Of a DNA stretch of 64,000 bases, positions 1 through 10,152 are shown one piece after another (the first letter of the stretch is position 1; the number at the start of each line of letters is the position of its first letter). The notes beneath the pieces are model-generated. The model saw only the letters and a list, made by a program, of their open reading frames with translations. It searched no databases and was not told the DNA's origin. The translations under genes were made by a program, and so were the position numbers. The stretch is from Candidatus Sulfomarinibacteraceae bacterium (GTDB lineage Bacteria > Acidobacteriota > Thermoanaerobaculia > Thermoanaerobaculales > Sulfomarinibacteraceae): positions 288,001-352,000 of the forward strand of contig CAWCLO010000001.1 in assembly GCA_963796455.1 (NCBI GenBank). Reading direction: 5' to 3'.

Positions 1-981
1 TGCCACCTCGTGCTCTACGTCCTCGAGACGCCCACTTTCCGTCTTGTTGAATTTGAGCTTCGACCAGTCCTTGAGACGACCGACAACCCTCGGGTCGATG
101 GTTGCTGCCGCGACCTCGAGTTCAGCCATGGAAGGCGCGGGGCTTTGCTCCGTCACCACCGCCAACTCGTCCGCCACATCCCTGCTCAAGGCAATGACCT
201 CGGCCTTGACGCCATCGAGACGGCCGCCCACCGCCAGACTGAAATCACCCACCGCCGACCGCAGACGCTCCGCAACTGCTGTGCTGTCAGCAAAGGGGTC
301 CCCGGCAAAGGTCTCCGGACCGGCCCCGGCCTCAACCAGTTGCACCAGCGCCTCGACGAGATCTCCCGGGGACACACCCTCGATCGCCAGGCGCTCCCAG
401 TGGTCGCGCTTCGGGTCCTTCTCGAGACCACGCAGCGACTCCTCCACCACCTCTTCGACCAGGGCTTCGATTCGTGCACCGTCGGCATCCACCTCGAAGC
501 GCGGGTGCAACCCGGCCTCCAGGGGATAGGTCGCGAGAAGCCGTTGGCAAAAGGCGTGGATGGTGGAGACGACCAGGCGGTGGCTCTCCTCGGAAAGAGC
601 ACGCGCCCGCTTCGAGATCTCGCCCTTCGACGCCTCCACGACGCCGGGCTCCGGGTCCCACCCCACCGGAACCTCGCCTTCCGCGAGATCAAATAATGCC
701 GTACCGATTTTTCGCGCCATCTCGGCGGCCGCGGCCTCGGTGAAAGTAATGGCCACCACCCTCTCGATAACCCGTCTGGCCACGGTCTGGGGATCAGAAC
801 CAGCTTCGACGTGACGCTCCCAGCCGGGACCCACACACCACACGGCGATCCTCGCCACCAGGAGCGCCGTCTTGCCGGTCCCGGCCCCCGCCACAACCAC
901 CACCGGGTGACCGAACTGGCTTTGGGCGACGCGGCGCGACTGCTCGTCGGCGGCCAGCGGATCAAGGAGTGCAGCCGTCAT
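1..981 (-). CDS. addA: AddA/UvrD-family ATP-dependent helicase, N-terminal part (runs off window start)
   Basis: Manual translation from ATG at 981 (ATGA overlap with upstream stop): MTAALLDPLAADEQSRRVAQSQFGHPVVVVAGAGTGKTALLVAR, a UvrD-type Walker A. Not in ORF track because it has no stop in the window. Confidence 0.85.
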   Translation of the reverse strand, partial: MTAALLDPLAADEQSRRVAQSQFGHPVVVVAGAGTGKTALLVARIAVWCVGPGWERHVEAGSDPQTVARRVIERVVAITFTEAAAAEMARKIGTALFDLAEGEVPVGWDPEPGVVEASKGEISKRARALSEESHRLVVSTIHAFCQRLLATYPLEAGLHPRFEVDADGARIEALVEEVVEESLRGLEKDPKRDHWERLAIEGVSPGDLVEALVQLVEAGAGPETFAGDPFADSTAVAERLRSAVGDFSLAVGGRLDGVKAEVIALSRDVADELAVVTEQSPAPSMAELEVAAATIDPRVVGRLKDWSKLKFNKTESGRLEDVEHEVA

Positions 982-3900
982 TGGTCGGTTTCCGCCCGGG
1001 CAATGCCGAGCCACCACAAAGAGCGCGCACATTCCACGACCCGGTCGCCACTGTTCTCATCACCATTCATGAATCGCACGAGATCGCGCCGGAAGGCAGA
1101 ATCATCGCGGCGGCAGGCCTCGGCGACAGCGCAATAGCTGCAGTGCTTCGCCGCACGCCCATCGGCCTCTTCGACCCTCGGGAAGGCGATTCCGACCGAG
1201 CGACCCTGCACGATGGTTCGGATCGCCGTTTCGAAAACCTCCATGTCATCCGCGTTGTCACCATCGATCGCGATCTCGCGGATCTCGTCTTTCCAGTCGT
1301 CCTTAGGTTTGAGGTAGAGGTATTTGCCGACACCATCGGGCACGCCGTCGGCGCGAGAGTATGCAGCGGCCTGCAAAAGGCGACCTCTGGCAATCAAGGT
1401 GCGGATGTTGGTGCTCCGGGAGGGCTCGGTGGAGGCTTCCACCGCAGGTTTCGCAGCCTTGTAATCCACCAAGACCGTGACCCCGTCCACGTTGTCCACG
1501 CGATCGGCACGGAACCTCAATTGATGCCCGACATCTGGAATGGACGTCCGTCCTTCAACTTCTGATCCGAGGACGGAAGGCAGAGCCCCGGTGTTCCACT
1601 CGAGCCTTCGTTCGATCTCGAGAAACTGCCGCGCCCGGGCAGCCAACAATGGCGCCATGCCCATCGAAGCAAGGCCTTCTGCGGTCGCGACCCGATGTGC
1701 TTCCCGGTTGACGAGATCATTCAGGCTCCCGGCATCCGGCCAGCGGACACTCACCGGATCCCTTGAAACGAGCTCGGCCAACCCACCGAGATTGCCGACG
1801 GCATCGGCCACCACCGTCTCGAGCACCCCGTGCACCACCTGGCCCACCATCGGACCGTCGATGCCGGGCAGACCGAGAAGCGGATCGGGCATCGGCAGCA
1901 CGCCGAGCCGACGCTGAACAAAGGCCCGCCACGGACAGGTTCCGATGCCCTCTGCATGGGTTACCCAGAGGTCATCGTCACCCTTCTCGTCGATTTCGCC
2001 GGTGAATCCGAACCATGCTCCGGGACCGGTCTCATCCGAAAGCCGTTCAACCGCAGCGAGTAGATCGGCACGAGCGGTGGCAAGCAGCCCGGGAGACACC
2101 GTCCCGAAGCCCGATCCAGAATCGCAGAGCCCCTCTGCGATCGCAGCTTCCAACAATTGACCGGTGCCGCCTGGGCCCGCCAAAGGCGCCGCGAGAACCG
2201 CTATTTCATAGGCCGGTCTCGGCCGGGATGCAATCTCGTCATTCGACCACAGCTGAGGCACACTCATCGGATCTCCAACACCCTCACGTCGCCTCAGCCG
2301 GTCGACAAAAGGTGATGGCGTCAGGCACCCCTCGCTGCCAAAAACATGCCACGACAGCACAGCCGAAGGGGCACTCGACAGCAGTTGGGCAAAGAGATAA
2401 CGTTCCTCGTCAGCGCTCCGACCCTTGACCGGCATCTCCGGCAGGACATCGGCTGCGAGACGGGCGCGAATCGCCTCGGGCAACATCGGGTCCTCGTGAC
2501 CGACCCGCGGGAAAACACCTCGGTTGAGACCCACGACGTGAAGATGTTCGAAGGTCCGTGCCCGGGATTCCATAACGGTCAGAACCTGCACCCCCGCGCC
2601 ATCCCCTCCGAGCGGCACATCGCGGACCCCGTCGAGCCGGTCGGCGAGCAATTTCAGCCACTCCTCCCGGGCCAATTCGTAGCTCGCCGGCACCTCGCGA
2701 CACAAACCATCGAGAGCCTCGTGAACAGCTCGCGACTCCGGTGTTCCCTCACTCCACCCGAGAGCCCCGAGCACCGCGGCCGTGTGTCGAGAGCAATCCC
2801 CGGCCGACGCCCGTTCAGGACTGCGCTCGAGCAGCGACACCAGGATTCCAGCCTCGGCAACGGCCGAGCGAAGGACATCCTTTGCCAGGCGCCGCGAAGA
2901 TCCATCGCCACCGTCGACCTCGTCTTCCCGTCCGATCGCGAGTGGCAACCGAACCCCGCGCGGCGGCACCGCTTTGTCCGGCTGCGTCGCCAGATCGGCC
3001 AGGCTCAGGACACCCAGGACTCGCAACCCGAGCAACAGTTCGGTGGAAGCTTCGTTATCGGCGCGGGCCTCGATCCACTGATCAACCCGGGTCGCCGGGC
3101 CGCGTCGGAGGAGCTCCGTCAATCGACCTACACGGCGTTTTGGCCCCGCCCCGGGGACCACTGCCCCGGCGCCGGAAAAGGGCACACCCAGACGATGGAA
3201 GTGGCGCCGCAACGGCAGCGCCATGGAATCGAGCGTCCGGCCCACCACCGCCACGTCTTCTGCTTCGACGCCGTCATCGAGCAGACCGCGGATTCTTTCG
3301 GCCACCCAACGCGCCTCGGCCTCCACATCAGGCGCCTCCGCCAGCTCGATTTCGGGTGGTGGATCCTGTCGCCGGTCGGTCTCGTGGTCCAGGTGGTTCA
3401 TCCGCTCATCAAGCCGGGTCAGATAGGCCCCCCCGAGATCGTCCCTCTCCGGAGCCGCCGGATCCGGCGGCCGATCGAGCATGACGGTCCCCCCGAGCAC
3501 GCGGATCATGGCCACCAGAAGATCCGCCGCGACACCGGTGACGTCGGCAAAACCGTGCACCAACAATGCTCTGGTGGGGAGCAGATCGGGGCCGGCGATC
3601 TGGAGGGCATCCTCCGCCAGTTGCAGGGCGCGCATCGAACGCCTCAGACCCAGATCCTCTGCACTCTCGAACGAAGACGCCGCCAGCCGCACCAGGGATG
3701 CGGAGCGCACGAGCCGCTCGGGCGCCACTTCACCGGCCACATCGTCGATCCGTTCGAGCACACCCTCTTCGTTGCCCGGCATGAAGCCGGCATCGAGAAG
3801 ATCACGGACCGCACCCACCACCGCATCGTAACCATCGGTCAGACCGTCGAGGCTGGTGCGTAAGGTCGGCTCGGTTGCGGCGGTACGGCGAACCTGCACC

Positions 3901-4193
3901 TCGAAACCGGCATCGGCTCGTGGTGGCGTCAGACCGCTTCGCGCCGCCACCTCGAGAGCCAGGCCGAAAAGAGTCTGGACCTGGATTCCCACCACGGCGC
4001 CACGGCGCCGCGCAAGAACCCGCAGGATGTGGCGCCGCAGGCTTCGGGAGGGCACAACGACCCGTATCGGGATCGCCAGATGCTCGACGCCGGCGCCAAA
4101 CAAATTCTCGATTTCTTCGAGCAGCCGCTCCTCTGTCGCGCGGGCGCCTCGGCAGGAAATGATACGTGATCGGATTTCAGAAAGTTGATTCAT
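978..4193 (-). CDS. addB: AddB-like inactive helicase / PD-(D/E)XK nuclease subunit
   Basis: ORF 978..4307, likely start MNQLSEIR at 4193. Contains EERYLF, nuclease motifs RADRVD...VDYK and Fe-S cysteines CPWR...CSYCAVAEAC. Coupled to the AddA-like gene. Confidence 0.8.
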   Translation of the reverse strand: MNQLSEIRSRIISCRGARATEERLLEEIENLFGAGVEHLAIPIRVVVPSRSLRRHILRVLARRRGAVVGIQVQTLFGLALEVAARSGLTPPRADAGFEVQVRRTAATEPTLRTSLDGLTDGYDAVVGAVRDLLDAGFMPGNEEGVLERIDDVAGEVAPERLVRSASLVRLAASSFESAEDLGLRRSMRALQLAEDALQIAGPDLLPTRALLVHGFADVTGVAADLLVAMIRVLGGTVMLDRPPDPAAPERDDLGGAYLTRLDERMNHLDHETDRRQDPPPEIELAEAPDVEAEARWVAERIRGLLDDGVEAEDVAVVGRTLDSMALPLRRHFHRLGVPFSGAGAVVPGAGPKRRVGRLTELLRRGPATRVDQWIEARADNEASTELLLGLRVLGVLSLADLATQPDKAVPPRGVRLPLAIGREDEVDGGDGSSRRLAKDVLRSAVAEAGILVSLLERSPERASAGDCSRHTAAVLGALGWSEGTPESRAVHEALDGLCREVPASYELAREEWLKLLADRLDGVRDVPLGGDGAGVQVLTVMESRARTFEHLHVVGLNRGVFPRVGHEDPMLPEAIRARLAADVLPEMPVKGRSADEERYLFAQLLSSAPSAVLSWHVFGSEGCLTPSPFVDRLRRREGVGDPMSVPQLWSNDEIASRPRPAYEIAVLAAPLAGPGGTGQLLEAAIAEGLCDSGSGFGTVSPGLLATARADLLAAVERLSDETGPGAWFGFTGEIDEKGDDDLWVTHAEGIGTCPWRAFVQRRLGVLPMPDPLLGLPGIDGPMVGQVVHGVLETVVADAVGNLGGLAELVSRDPVSVRWPDAGSLNDLVNREAHRVATAEGLASMGMAPLLAARARQFLEIERRLEWNTGALPSVLGSEVEGRTSIPDVGHQLRFRADRVDNVDGVTVLVDYKAAKPAVEASTEPSRSTNIRTLIARGRLLQAAAYSRADGVPDGVGKYLYLKPKDDWKDEIREIAIDGDNADDMEVFETAIRTIVQGRSVGIAFPRVEEADGRAAKHCSYCAVAEACRRDDSAFRRDLVRFMNGDENSGDRVVECARSLWWLGIARAETDQ

Positions 4194-4303
4194 CGGGACG
4201 AATCCATGGGACCACGGGCGGAGGGAGGTGTCAACACGACCCTTCGAGAGCGGGTTGTGCAGTGAAAGATCGTGCTTCAAATCAGCGAGTTCAAGGCCAC
4301 GTG

Positions 4304-4714
4304 TCACTACTGTCCAATAAAAATCGTCATTTGACGGTGCCCACCTGACAACACGAGGTTTATGGGTTGATTGTTGGCATTTCCGGTTCGTGGTTGCGCC
4401 GCGTCCGAGTCGGCGTCCGTGCCCGTATTACAGCGGCAGCGACAGTGTCCAGGGGCAGCGACAGGAACCAGCGATCAGTGTTCAGCAACAGGGAACAGCG
4501 GCAGTGGCAGCAATCCGGTGCAGTGATGGCGTGGTCACCTCCGGGGCGTTCAACAGAAGGAAGAGCCGCTGTGGTGTAGGCGTCTCGCCTGCCCACCGTG
4601 CGGCCGAGACGGCCGCACCACAAAGACCGGAGCCCCGAAGAAGTGAGTGCTGTTCGCTGTCCCGGCCGCTGATCGCTGACGCTGAATCCTGTTCGCTGTC
4701 GCTGGACGCTTATC
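4304..4714 (+). repeat. Gene-less copy A of the four-helix-bundle-associated structured element
   Basis: Shares left end (cactrcwgtccaa...cccacctgacaacac...ttggcat), cagcggcagcgacag arms, cacctccggg.cgttcaaca and cccgaaga.gtgagtgc...ccggccgctgatcgctg with 32452-32864 (rc), 33108-33431 (rc, left end missing) and 43051-43908. Confidence 0.85.
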
Positions 4715-4867
4715 GAGACTCCTGGTTGGAAAAGAGTGGTCACGAGTGAAGAGTGATGGGCTCCCGGGAGGCGGGCCGGCTCAACCCCTGACCCTGAACT
4801 CCAGACTCTTCTCGCGACGGCGAGGCGATCAACGTTTATGATGGCTATCGCGCAGCAAGGGGGCACT

Positions 4868-5338
4868 ATGTCTGGAGTCGAAGGCCGGGTCATGAAACAG
4901 TGGAATCGCGCCAAGGATTCGGGCTTCCGTCGTCGGCTGTTCAGCCGGGCCATCGGCAGGGCTGCCCGCTATACCGGCACCATCGGCGCCCAGGTCGAAG
5001 TGCTCGAAGCCGGCCGATCGATGGTCACCATGAAGGACCGCAAGGCCGTCCGCAACCATCTGCAATCGGTCCACGCCGTCGCCCTGACCAATCTGATCGA
5101 ACTCACGGGCAGCCTCTCGATCATCGCCGCACTGCCACCGGACACACGGATGATCCCGATCCGACTCGAAACCGATTTCGTCAAGAAGGGCCGCGGCCTC
5201 ATGACCGCCGAGGGAATCTGTGAGATACCAGAATCAAACTCGGAAGCCGAACTGCCCGCTGAAGTCACGATCACCGATTCAGAGGGCGACGTGGTTGCCC
5301 GGGGCCAGGTGTCCGTAAAAATCGGACCGCGGTCCTGA
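4868..5338 (+). CDS. Hotdog-fold thioesterase (PaaI/DUF4442-like)
   Basis: NHLQSVHAVAL motif, ~156 aa hotdog-fold size; start uncertain (4838/4868). Confidence 0.75.
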   Translation: MSGVEGRVMKQWNRAKDSGFRRRLFSRAIGRAARYTGTIGAQVEVLEAGRSMVTMKDRKAVRNHLQSVHAVALTNLIELTGSLSIIAALPPDTRMIPIRLETDFVKKGRGLMTAEGICEIPESNSEAELPAEVTITDSEGDVVARGQVSVKIGPRS

Positions 5339-5339
5339 A

Positions 5340-5442
5340 GGCTTGGGGCTTGAGGCCCGGGGCTTGAACAGACCGGATCGCGTTCGGTGTGCCTCAAGCC
5401 TCACGCCTCAGGCCCCAGGTCCCAGGTCCCAGGTCTCAGGCC
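5340..5442. repeat. Inverted arms of degenerate heptamers between convergent genes (possible bidirectional terminator)
   Basis: ggcttggggcttgaggcccggggcttga ... tcaagcctcacgcctcaggccccaggtcccaggtcccaggtctcagg. Confidence 0.6.
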
Positions 5443-7173
5443 CTACTCGATCCTTATCGGTGGCATCCATACGACGCCGGGCGTCGGGATGTCGCCCGTC
5501 ATCATCCACTCCTCCAGCAGTTCGAATCGGGCCTCCATGGCGACCTGTTCCGAATTGCGGCGTTTGGCAAATTCCTGCCACCAGGATAGGACGCGCGGGT
5601 ATTGCACGAGTTGAACGGACGCATCCGGATCGATGTCGGCCAGCTTTCTGGCCTCGATAAGGGCGTCGTCAAAATCACCCACCACATCCACCAAACCGTT
5701 CTCCCACGCCTGTTCGCCGGTGAAGACACGTCCGCGGCCGATGGCATCCACCGCCTCGATGCTCATGCCGCGGGACTCGGCCACACGCTCGACAAAGTCG
5801 TCGTAGATCCGATCCAACATCCGGTCGATGATGGCTCGCTGCTGATCGGTCCAATCTTCCATCTCACCGTAAATACTGGCATTCGCCCCGCGATCGAGCC
5901 GACCGAAGGTCACGCCGAGCTTGTCCGACCAGAATGCGGAGGTGTTGAGGTGCCCCGCATAGACCCCGATCGAACCGGTCAGCGTCGCCGGGTCGGCGAC
6001 GATTTTATGGGCGCCGCAACTGATCCAATAACCACCAGAAGCCGCCACGTTCGCCATCGAAACCACCACCGGAATTTCTGCAGCAGTGCGTATCATTTCC
6101 TGGCGGATGATCTCTGAGGCGATGGCGCTCCCGCCCGGGGAATCAACCCGGAAGACAACTGCATCGATATTCTTTGCCCGTCGCACCGCTCGGAATGCCG
6201 CTGAAATCGTCTCGGACCCCATGATCTCGCCGCCAAAGAGCGGGTTCACGCTTTGCCCGCTCGCACCCCGCATGATCGCGCCGGTTGCGGTCACCACGGC
6301 GATCCGGGGGCCACGCTCGATCGTGCCGCGACGCTTGAGATAGGAGCGAATCCCGATCGTGTCGCTGGAAAGCTCCTGGTCGTCGAAGCGATCGGTGAAA
6401 CTCCCCCAATCCTCGAGTCGATCAACAAGGCCTGCCGCGACCGCTTCTTCACCGAGCAGGGGCGCTCGATCCACGAGTTCGCGAACCTCTTCGGAAGACA
6501 ATCCACGTCCATCGGCAACGCCGCGGATCATTTGATCCATGAGCGAATCCAGCAGCCATCCGGTCATTTCGCGATGGGCCGGGGTGAAATCGGTCTGGGT
6601 ATACATGAAACGCGCGGTCTTGTAATCACCACGTCCCGGAAATTCGGCCTTCATCCCGAGTTTGTCGAAAGTTCCGCGGACAAACGGGGTGCTGGAGGAA
6701 ATCCCTATCAGATTGATGTCGCCTTGAGGATTCAAGGAGATCTCGTCACAGGCGGACGCCACGTAGTAGACCAGGTTGCCGCTCGTGAACTCTCCGGCTG
6801 TATCCATATAGGCAGCCGTCCACTTTCCCGACGCTCCCACCCGAGCGATCAGAGAACGCAGCTCCTGCGCCGTGGCAAAGCCTCCGCCGACGCTGTCGAC
6901 GCGCACTCGAAGACCCTTGACCCGGTCATCTTCCGAGGCCAGAACCAACGCCCGCCGTACATTTCGCAGGCTGGTGATCCGCTCACCCATCAATTCGGCC
7001 AGCGGGTCGTCGGATGTGACTTCGGCGATCGGACCGGCAATTCGGAGGGTCAATACCATCTGGCGGGGAAGCGATGGCGATGACAGCCCGCGCACCAGAA
7101 GCGCGAGGATTGCCACCCCGAAGATCACGAGCAAACAACCGGCACCGAGAAAATAGTGGCGAGCCTTGGCCAT
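5443..7173 (-). CDS. sppA: Signal peptide peptidase SppA (S49, 67K type)
   Basis: N-terminal TM; YKTA, RVDSPGGS, SMANVAASGGYWI, TGSIGV, GRVFTGEQA motifs. Confidence 0.92.
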   Translation of the reverse strand: MAKARHYFLGAGCLLVIFGVAILALLVRGLSSPSLPRQMVLTLRIAGPIAEVTSDDPLAELMGERITSLRNVRRALVLASEDDRVKGLRVRVDSVGGGFATAQELRSLIARVGASGKWTAAYMDTAGEFTSGNLVYYVASACDEISLNPQGDINLIGISSSTPFVRGTFDKLGMKAEFPGRGDYKTARFMYTQTDFTPAHREMTGWLLDSLMDQMIRGVADGRGLSSEEVRELVDRAPLLGEEAVAAGLVDRLEDWGSFTDRFDDQELSSDTIGIRSYLKRRGTIERGPRIAVVTATGAIMRGASGQSVNPLFGGEIMGSETISAAFRAVRRAKNIDAVVFRVDSPGGSAIASEIIRQEMIRTAAEIPVVVSMANVAASGGYWISCGAHKIVADPATLTGSIGVYAGHLNTSAFWSDKLGVTFGRLDRGANASIYGEMEDWTDQQRAIIDRMLDRIYDDFVERVAESRGMSIEAVDAIGRGRVFTGEQAWENGLVDVVGDFDDALIEARKLADIDPDASVQLVQYPRVLSWWQEFAKRRNSEQVAMEARFELLEEWMMTGDIPTPGVVWMPPIRIE

Positions 7174-7341
7174 TGAACACCTCCTGAATCGAACCCGATC
7201 GCTTCCACTGCAACGTGCCGAGCGGCCGCGAGGATTCCGGGAATGTCATCGTAGCAGCTTATGGACAACCGACAGAGCCGCAACGTTGGAACCACCCACC
7301 CGTTTTTACGTAGAATCCCACAGGAAAGATTTGGAGCCAAC

Positions 7342-9909
7342 ATGACGCCCATTCGGTCTCGACTGTTTCGGAGTCTCGTGTTCGCCGTCTTCGCGCTGAC
7401 CCCTCCTTCACAATTGCTGGCGGAAGAAAGGTCGCTGGACGAAGACCGGAAGCCCACCCATCCTGCAGCTCTCCAGGTCGACCCCGAAAGAACATATGAC
7501 GAACCCGACTCGGCGGCCCTCTATGCACGGCTCAAACGACAGGGGCCCAGCCCCGATTTCAACACCGCCGAAGCACATGAAACAGCGCTCGAACACCTCG
7601 ACCGGATGCCTCGATTTTCCACGGCATACCGCGTCCCTCTCCCGATTCGTCCCGGTGGTGGCTTTCGGTCGCTGCCGAAGTTTGCGGCGGCTCGCGCGCT
7701 GGGCACGTGGGAACCGTTGGGGCCTGGAAACATCGGCGGACGGACTCGAACTCTGGTGATCCACGCGGTTGATTCGCAGATCATGTATACGGGTGGAGTC
7801 TCCGGTGGAGTGTGGAAGACCACCGATGGCGGCCGGAACTGGCTCCCGGTGTCGGATCGGCTGACCAACATCGCGGTGAACTCAATGGCCGTCCATCCCG
7901 ATGACCCCGACGTCCTCTACATCGGGACCGGGGAGGGCTACTTCCGCGAGATCGTCCGCGGAACCTGGCTGCCACTTCGCGGGGCGGGGATCTATCTCAC
8001 CCGCGACGGTGGCGACAGCTGGAAGCGCCTGCCTGCAACCGGGACCAGGGATTTTCACTGGGTCAACGACATCGTCATCAGCCCGCGGCAACCGGAGCGG
8101 ATCTTTGCTGCGACGCGGACCGGTGTGCACATTTCGGAGAACGGAGGCGAAACCTGGCGACGGCTGCTGGATCCCGAGGTCAACGGGGGTTGTCTCGATC
8201 TCGTTCTCCGGACGGATCTGGACTCCGATGTTCTTTTTGCCTCCTGCGGCACCTTTGAACAGGCAAGCGTCTGGCGCCGCGAAATGAACACTGGCGGGTT
8301 CTGGGAACGCGTGCTTTCGGATCCAGGTATGGGTCGTACGACCCTCGCCATCGCGCCCTCCGATCAGAACGTGATCTACGCCCTCTCGGCATCCAACGAT
8401 CCCGGGCCAAACGGCGTGTACGAACAGGCATTGCACGCGGTTTTCCGGTCGCGAAATGGTGGCGATTCAGGCAGCTGGACCACGAGGGTGGACAACACCG
8501 ACCCGGTCAAACTCAACACCCTGATCCTGACCAACCCGATCATCGCGTCGCTCGAGGACTGCGGGACCGGTGATCCCAACGGTTGGTCACCGATGGGGTG
8601 GTACTGCAATGTGATCGCCGTCGATCCCGTCGACCCCGACATCGTGTGGGCGGCCGGGGTGGATCTCTTCCGATCCGACAACGGCGGTCGAAGTTGGAAT
8701 GTGGCATCGTATTGGTGGGCCGATCGGGACGACCCGAGTTTCGTCCACGCCGACCAGCACGCGGTGGTCTTCCACCCCGACTATGACGGCCTCACCAACA
8801 CCACCATGTATTCGGCCTCGGATGGCGGGGTCTTCAGAACCCGGAATCCTCGAGCAACCATCGGCGGCAACCGGAACGCCGTCTGTGACCCGTTCTGGTC
8901 GAATGTGCAATTCGAAGACCTCAATCACAATATGGGGATCACCCAGTTCTACCACGGGGCCCCCTTTCCCGGAGGCGACAGCTATCTCGGCGGTGCCCAG
9001 GACAACGGCACGCTGCTCGGGAGTGACCATCTCGGCGGAGATGGATGGCTCCACATCAACGGTGGTGACGGCGGATACGTCGCGGTGGACCCGGAGCATC
9101 CCGAGATCATCTACGCCGAAAGCCAGCGTCTCGGGTTCCGAAAGTCAATCAACGGCGGCCTCAGCTTCGAATCAGCCGTCGATGGAGTCACCGAGCCCCC
9201 GAACAATTTTCTTTTCATCACACCATTTGCGATGGACCCGAATGACCCGCAACGCCTGTGGACCGGAGGGCACCGCCTGTGGCGCACCGACAATGGCGCC
9301 GCATCCTGGACGGCTGCCAGCAGCGAACCGCTGGGCACGGCTCAGGTCAGCGCCATCGCCATCGCCCCGGGCAACTCACGACTGGTGCTCGTCGGTACGA
9401 CCGACGGCTGGATCTACCGCGAAGAGGACGCCCTCGCCGCAGACGGAAACACCCGCTGGCAAGCCGTGCGACCGAGAGCGGGCTTTGTCTCATCACTGAG
9501 TTTCGACCCCATCGACACGTCGATCGTCTATGCGACCTTTGCCGGTTTTGGCGGCAACCACGTGTGGCGGTCCGAGGATGCCGGCCTGTCGTGGGAAACC
9601 ATCGACGGCAACGGTGCCACGGCGATCCCGGACATCCCGGTTCACTCGCTGGTTGTGGATCCGGAGAACACGGAGCGGCTTTATATCGGCAGCGATCTCG
9701 GTGTCTTCACGAGTCTGAACCGGGGCCGCACCTGGGCCGCCGAAAACACCGGTTTTGCAAACGCCGTCACCGAGTGGCTGGCTCTGGGTGCGGATGGTGA
9801 TGGTGAACCGTTGCTCTTCGCCTTTACTCACGGCCGCGGGACGTGGCGGGTGAGGCTGGCACCGCTGCCACCGGCACCGAGGGAGCCGTCGGGGAGGCGG
9901 AGTCCCTGA
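7342..9909 (+). CDS. Exported BNR/Asp-box beta-propeller protein (VPS10/GH74-like)
   Basis: Signal peptide, GPGNIGGRTR, many S/TxDGGxxW Asp-boxes, HADQH, GGAQDNGT. C-terminus PPAPREPSGRRSP. Confidence 0.85.
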   Translation: MTPIRSRLFRSLVFAVFALTPPSQLLAEERSLDEDRKPTHPAALQVDPERTYDEPDSAALYARLKRQGPSPDFNTAEAHETALEHLDRMPRFSTAYRVPLPIRPGGGFRSLPKFAAARALGTWEPLGPGNIGGRTRTLVIHAVDSQIMYTGGVSGGVWKTTDGGRNWLPVSDRLTNIAVNSMAVHPDDPDVLYIGTGEGYFREIVRGTWLPLRGAGIYLTRDGGDSWKRLPATGTRDFHWVNDIVISPRQPERIFAATRTGVHISENGGETWRRLLDPEVNGGCLDLVLRTDLDSDVLFASCGTFEQASVWRREMNTGGFWERVLSDPGMGRTTLAIAPSDQNVIYALSASNDPGPNGVYEQALHAVFRSRNGGDSGSWTTRVDNTDPVKLNTLILTNPIIASLEDCGTGDPNGWSPMGWYCNVIAVDPVDPDIVWAAGVDLFRSDNGGRSWNVASYWWADRDDPSFVHADQHAVVFHPDYDGLTNTTMYSASDGGVFRTRNPRATIGGNRNAVCDPFWSNVQFEDLNHNMGITQFYHGAPFPGGDSYLGGAQDNGTLLGSDHLGGDGWLHINGGDGGYVAVDPEHPEIIYAESQRLGFRKSINGGLSFESAVDGVTEPPNNFLFITPFAMDPNDPQRLWTGGHRLWRTDNGAASWTAASSEPLGTAQVSAIAIAPGNSRLVLVGTTDGWIYREEDALAADGNTRWQAVRPRAGFVSSLSFDPIDTSIVYATFAGFGGNHVWRSEDAGLSWETIDGNGATAIPDIPVHSLVVDPENTERLYIGSDLGVFTSLNRGRTWAAENTGFANAVTEWLALGADGDGEPLLFAFTHGRGTWRVRLAPLPPAPREPSGRRSP

Positions 9910-9919
9910 AGCGAGAGGA

Positions 9920-10152
9920 CGGCGCAGAGGGACGGAGGAGAAAGGGAGAAAGGGAGAAGAAGGGAGAAAGGGAGCACCTTACCGGAAGCCCCGATTGTGA
10001 TAAGGATCGGGTCTCCTCTGCTCCTCTGCTCCTCTGTCTCTCTTCTCCTCTCTCCTTGCTCCTCTGCTCCTCTGCTCCTCTGCTCCTCTGCTCCTCTGCT
10101 CCTCTGCTCCTCTGCTCCTCTGCTCCTCTGCTCCTCTGCTCCTCTGCTCCTC
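9920..10152. repeat. Octamer tandem repeats: (GGGAGAAA)n arm and (CTCCTCTG)3+11 arm between convergent genes
   Basis: CTCCTCTG x3 at 10013-10036 and x11 at 10059-10146; purine-rich arm at ~9920-9974. Confidence 0.9.

Noticed and set aside
186..965. 259-aa minus-strand ORF in the track
   Set aside because: Wrong frame; the real AddA-like frame starts at 981 and is open to the window edge.
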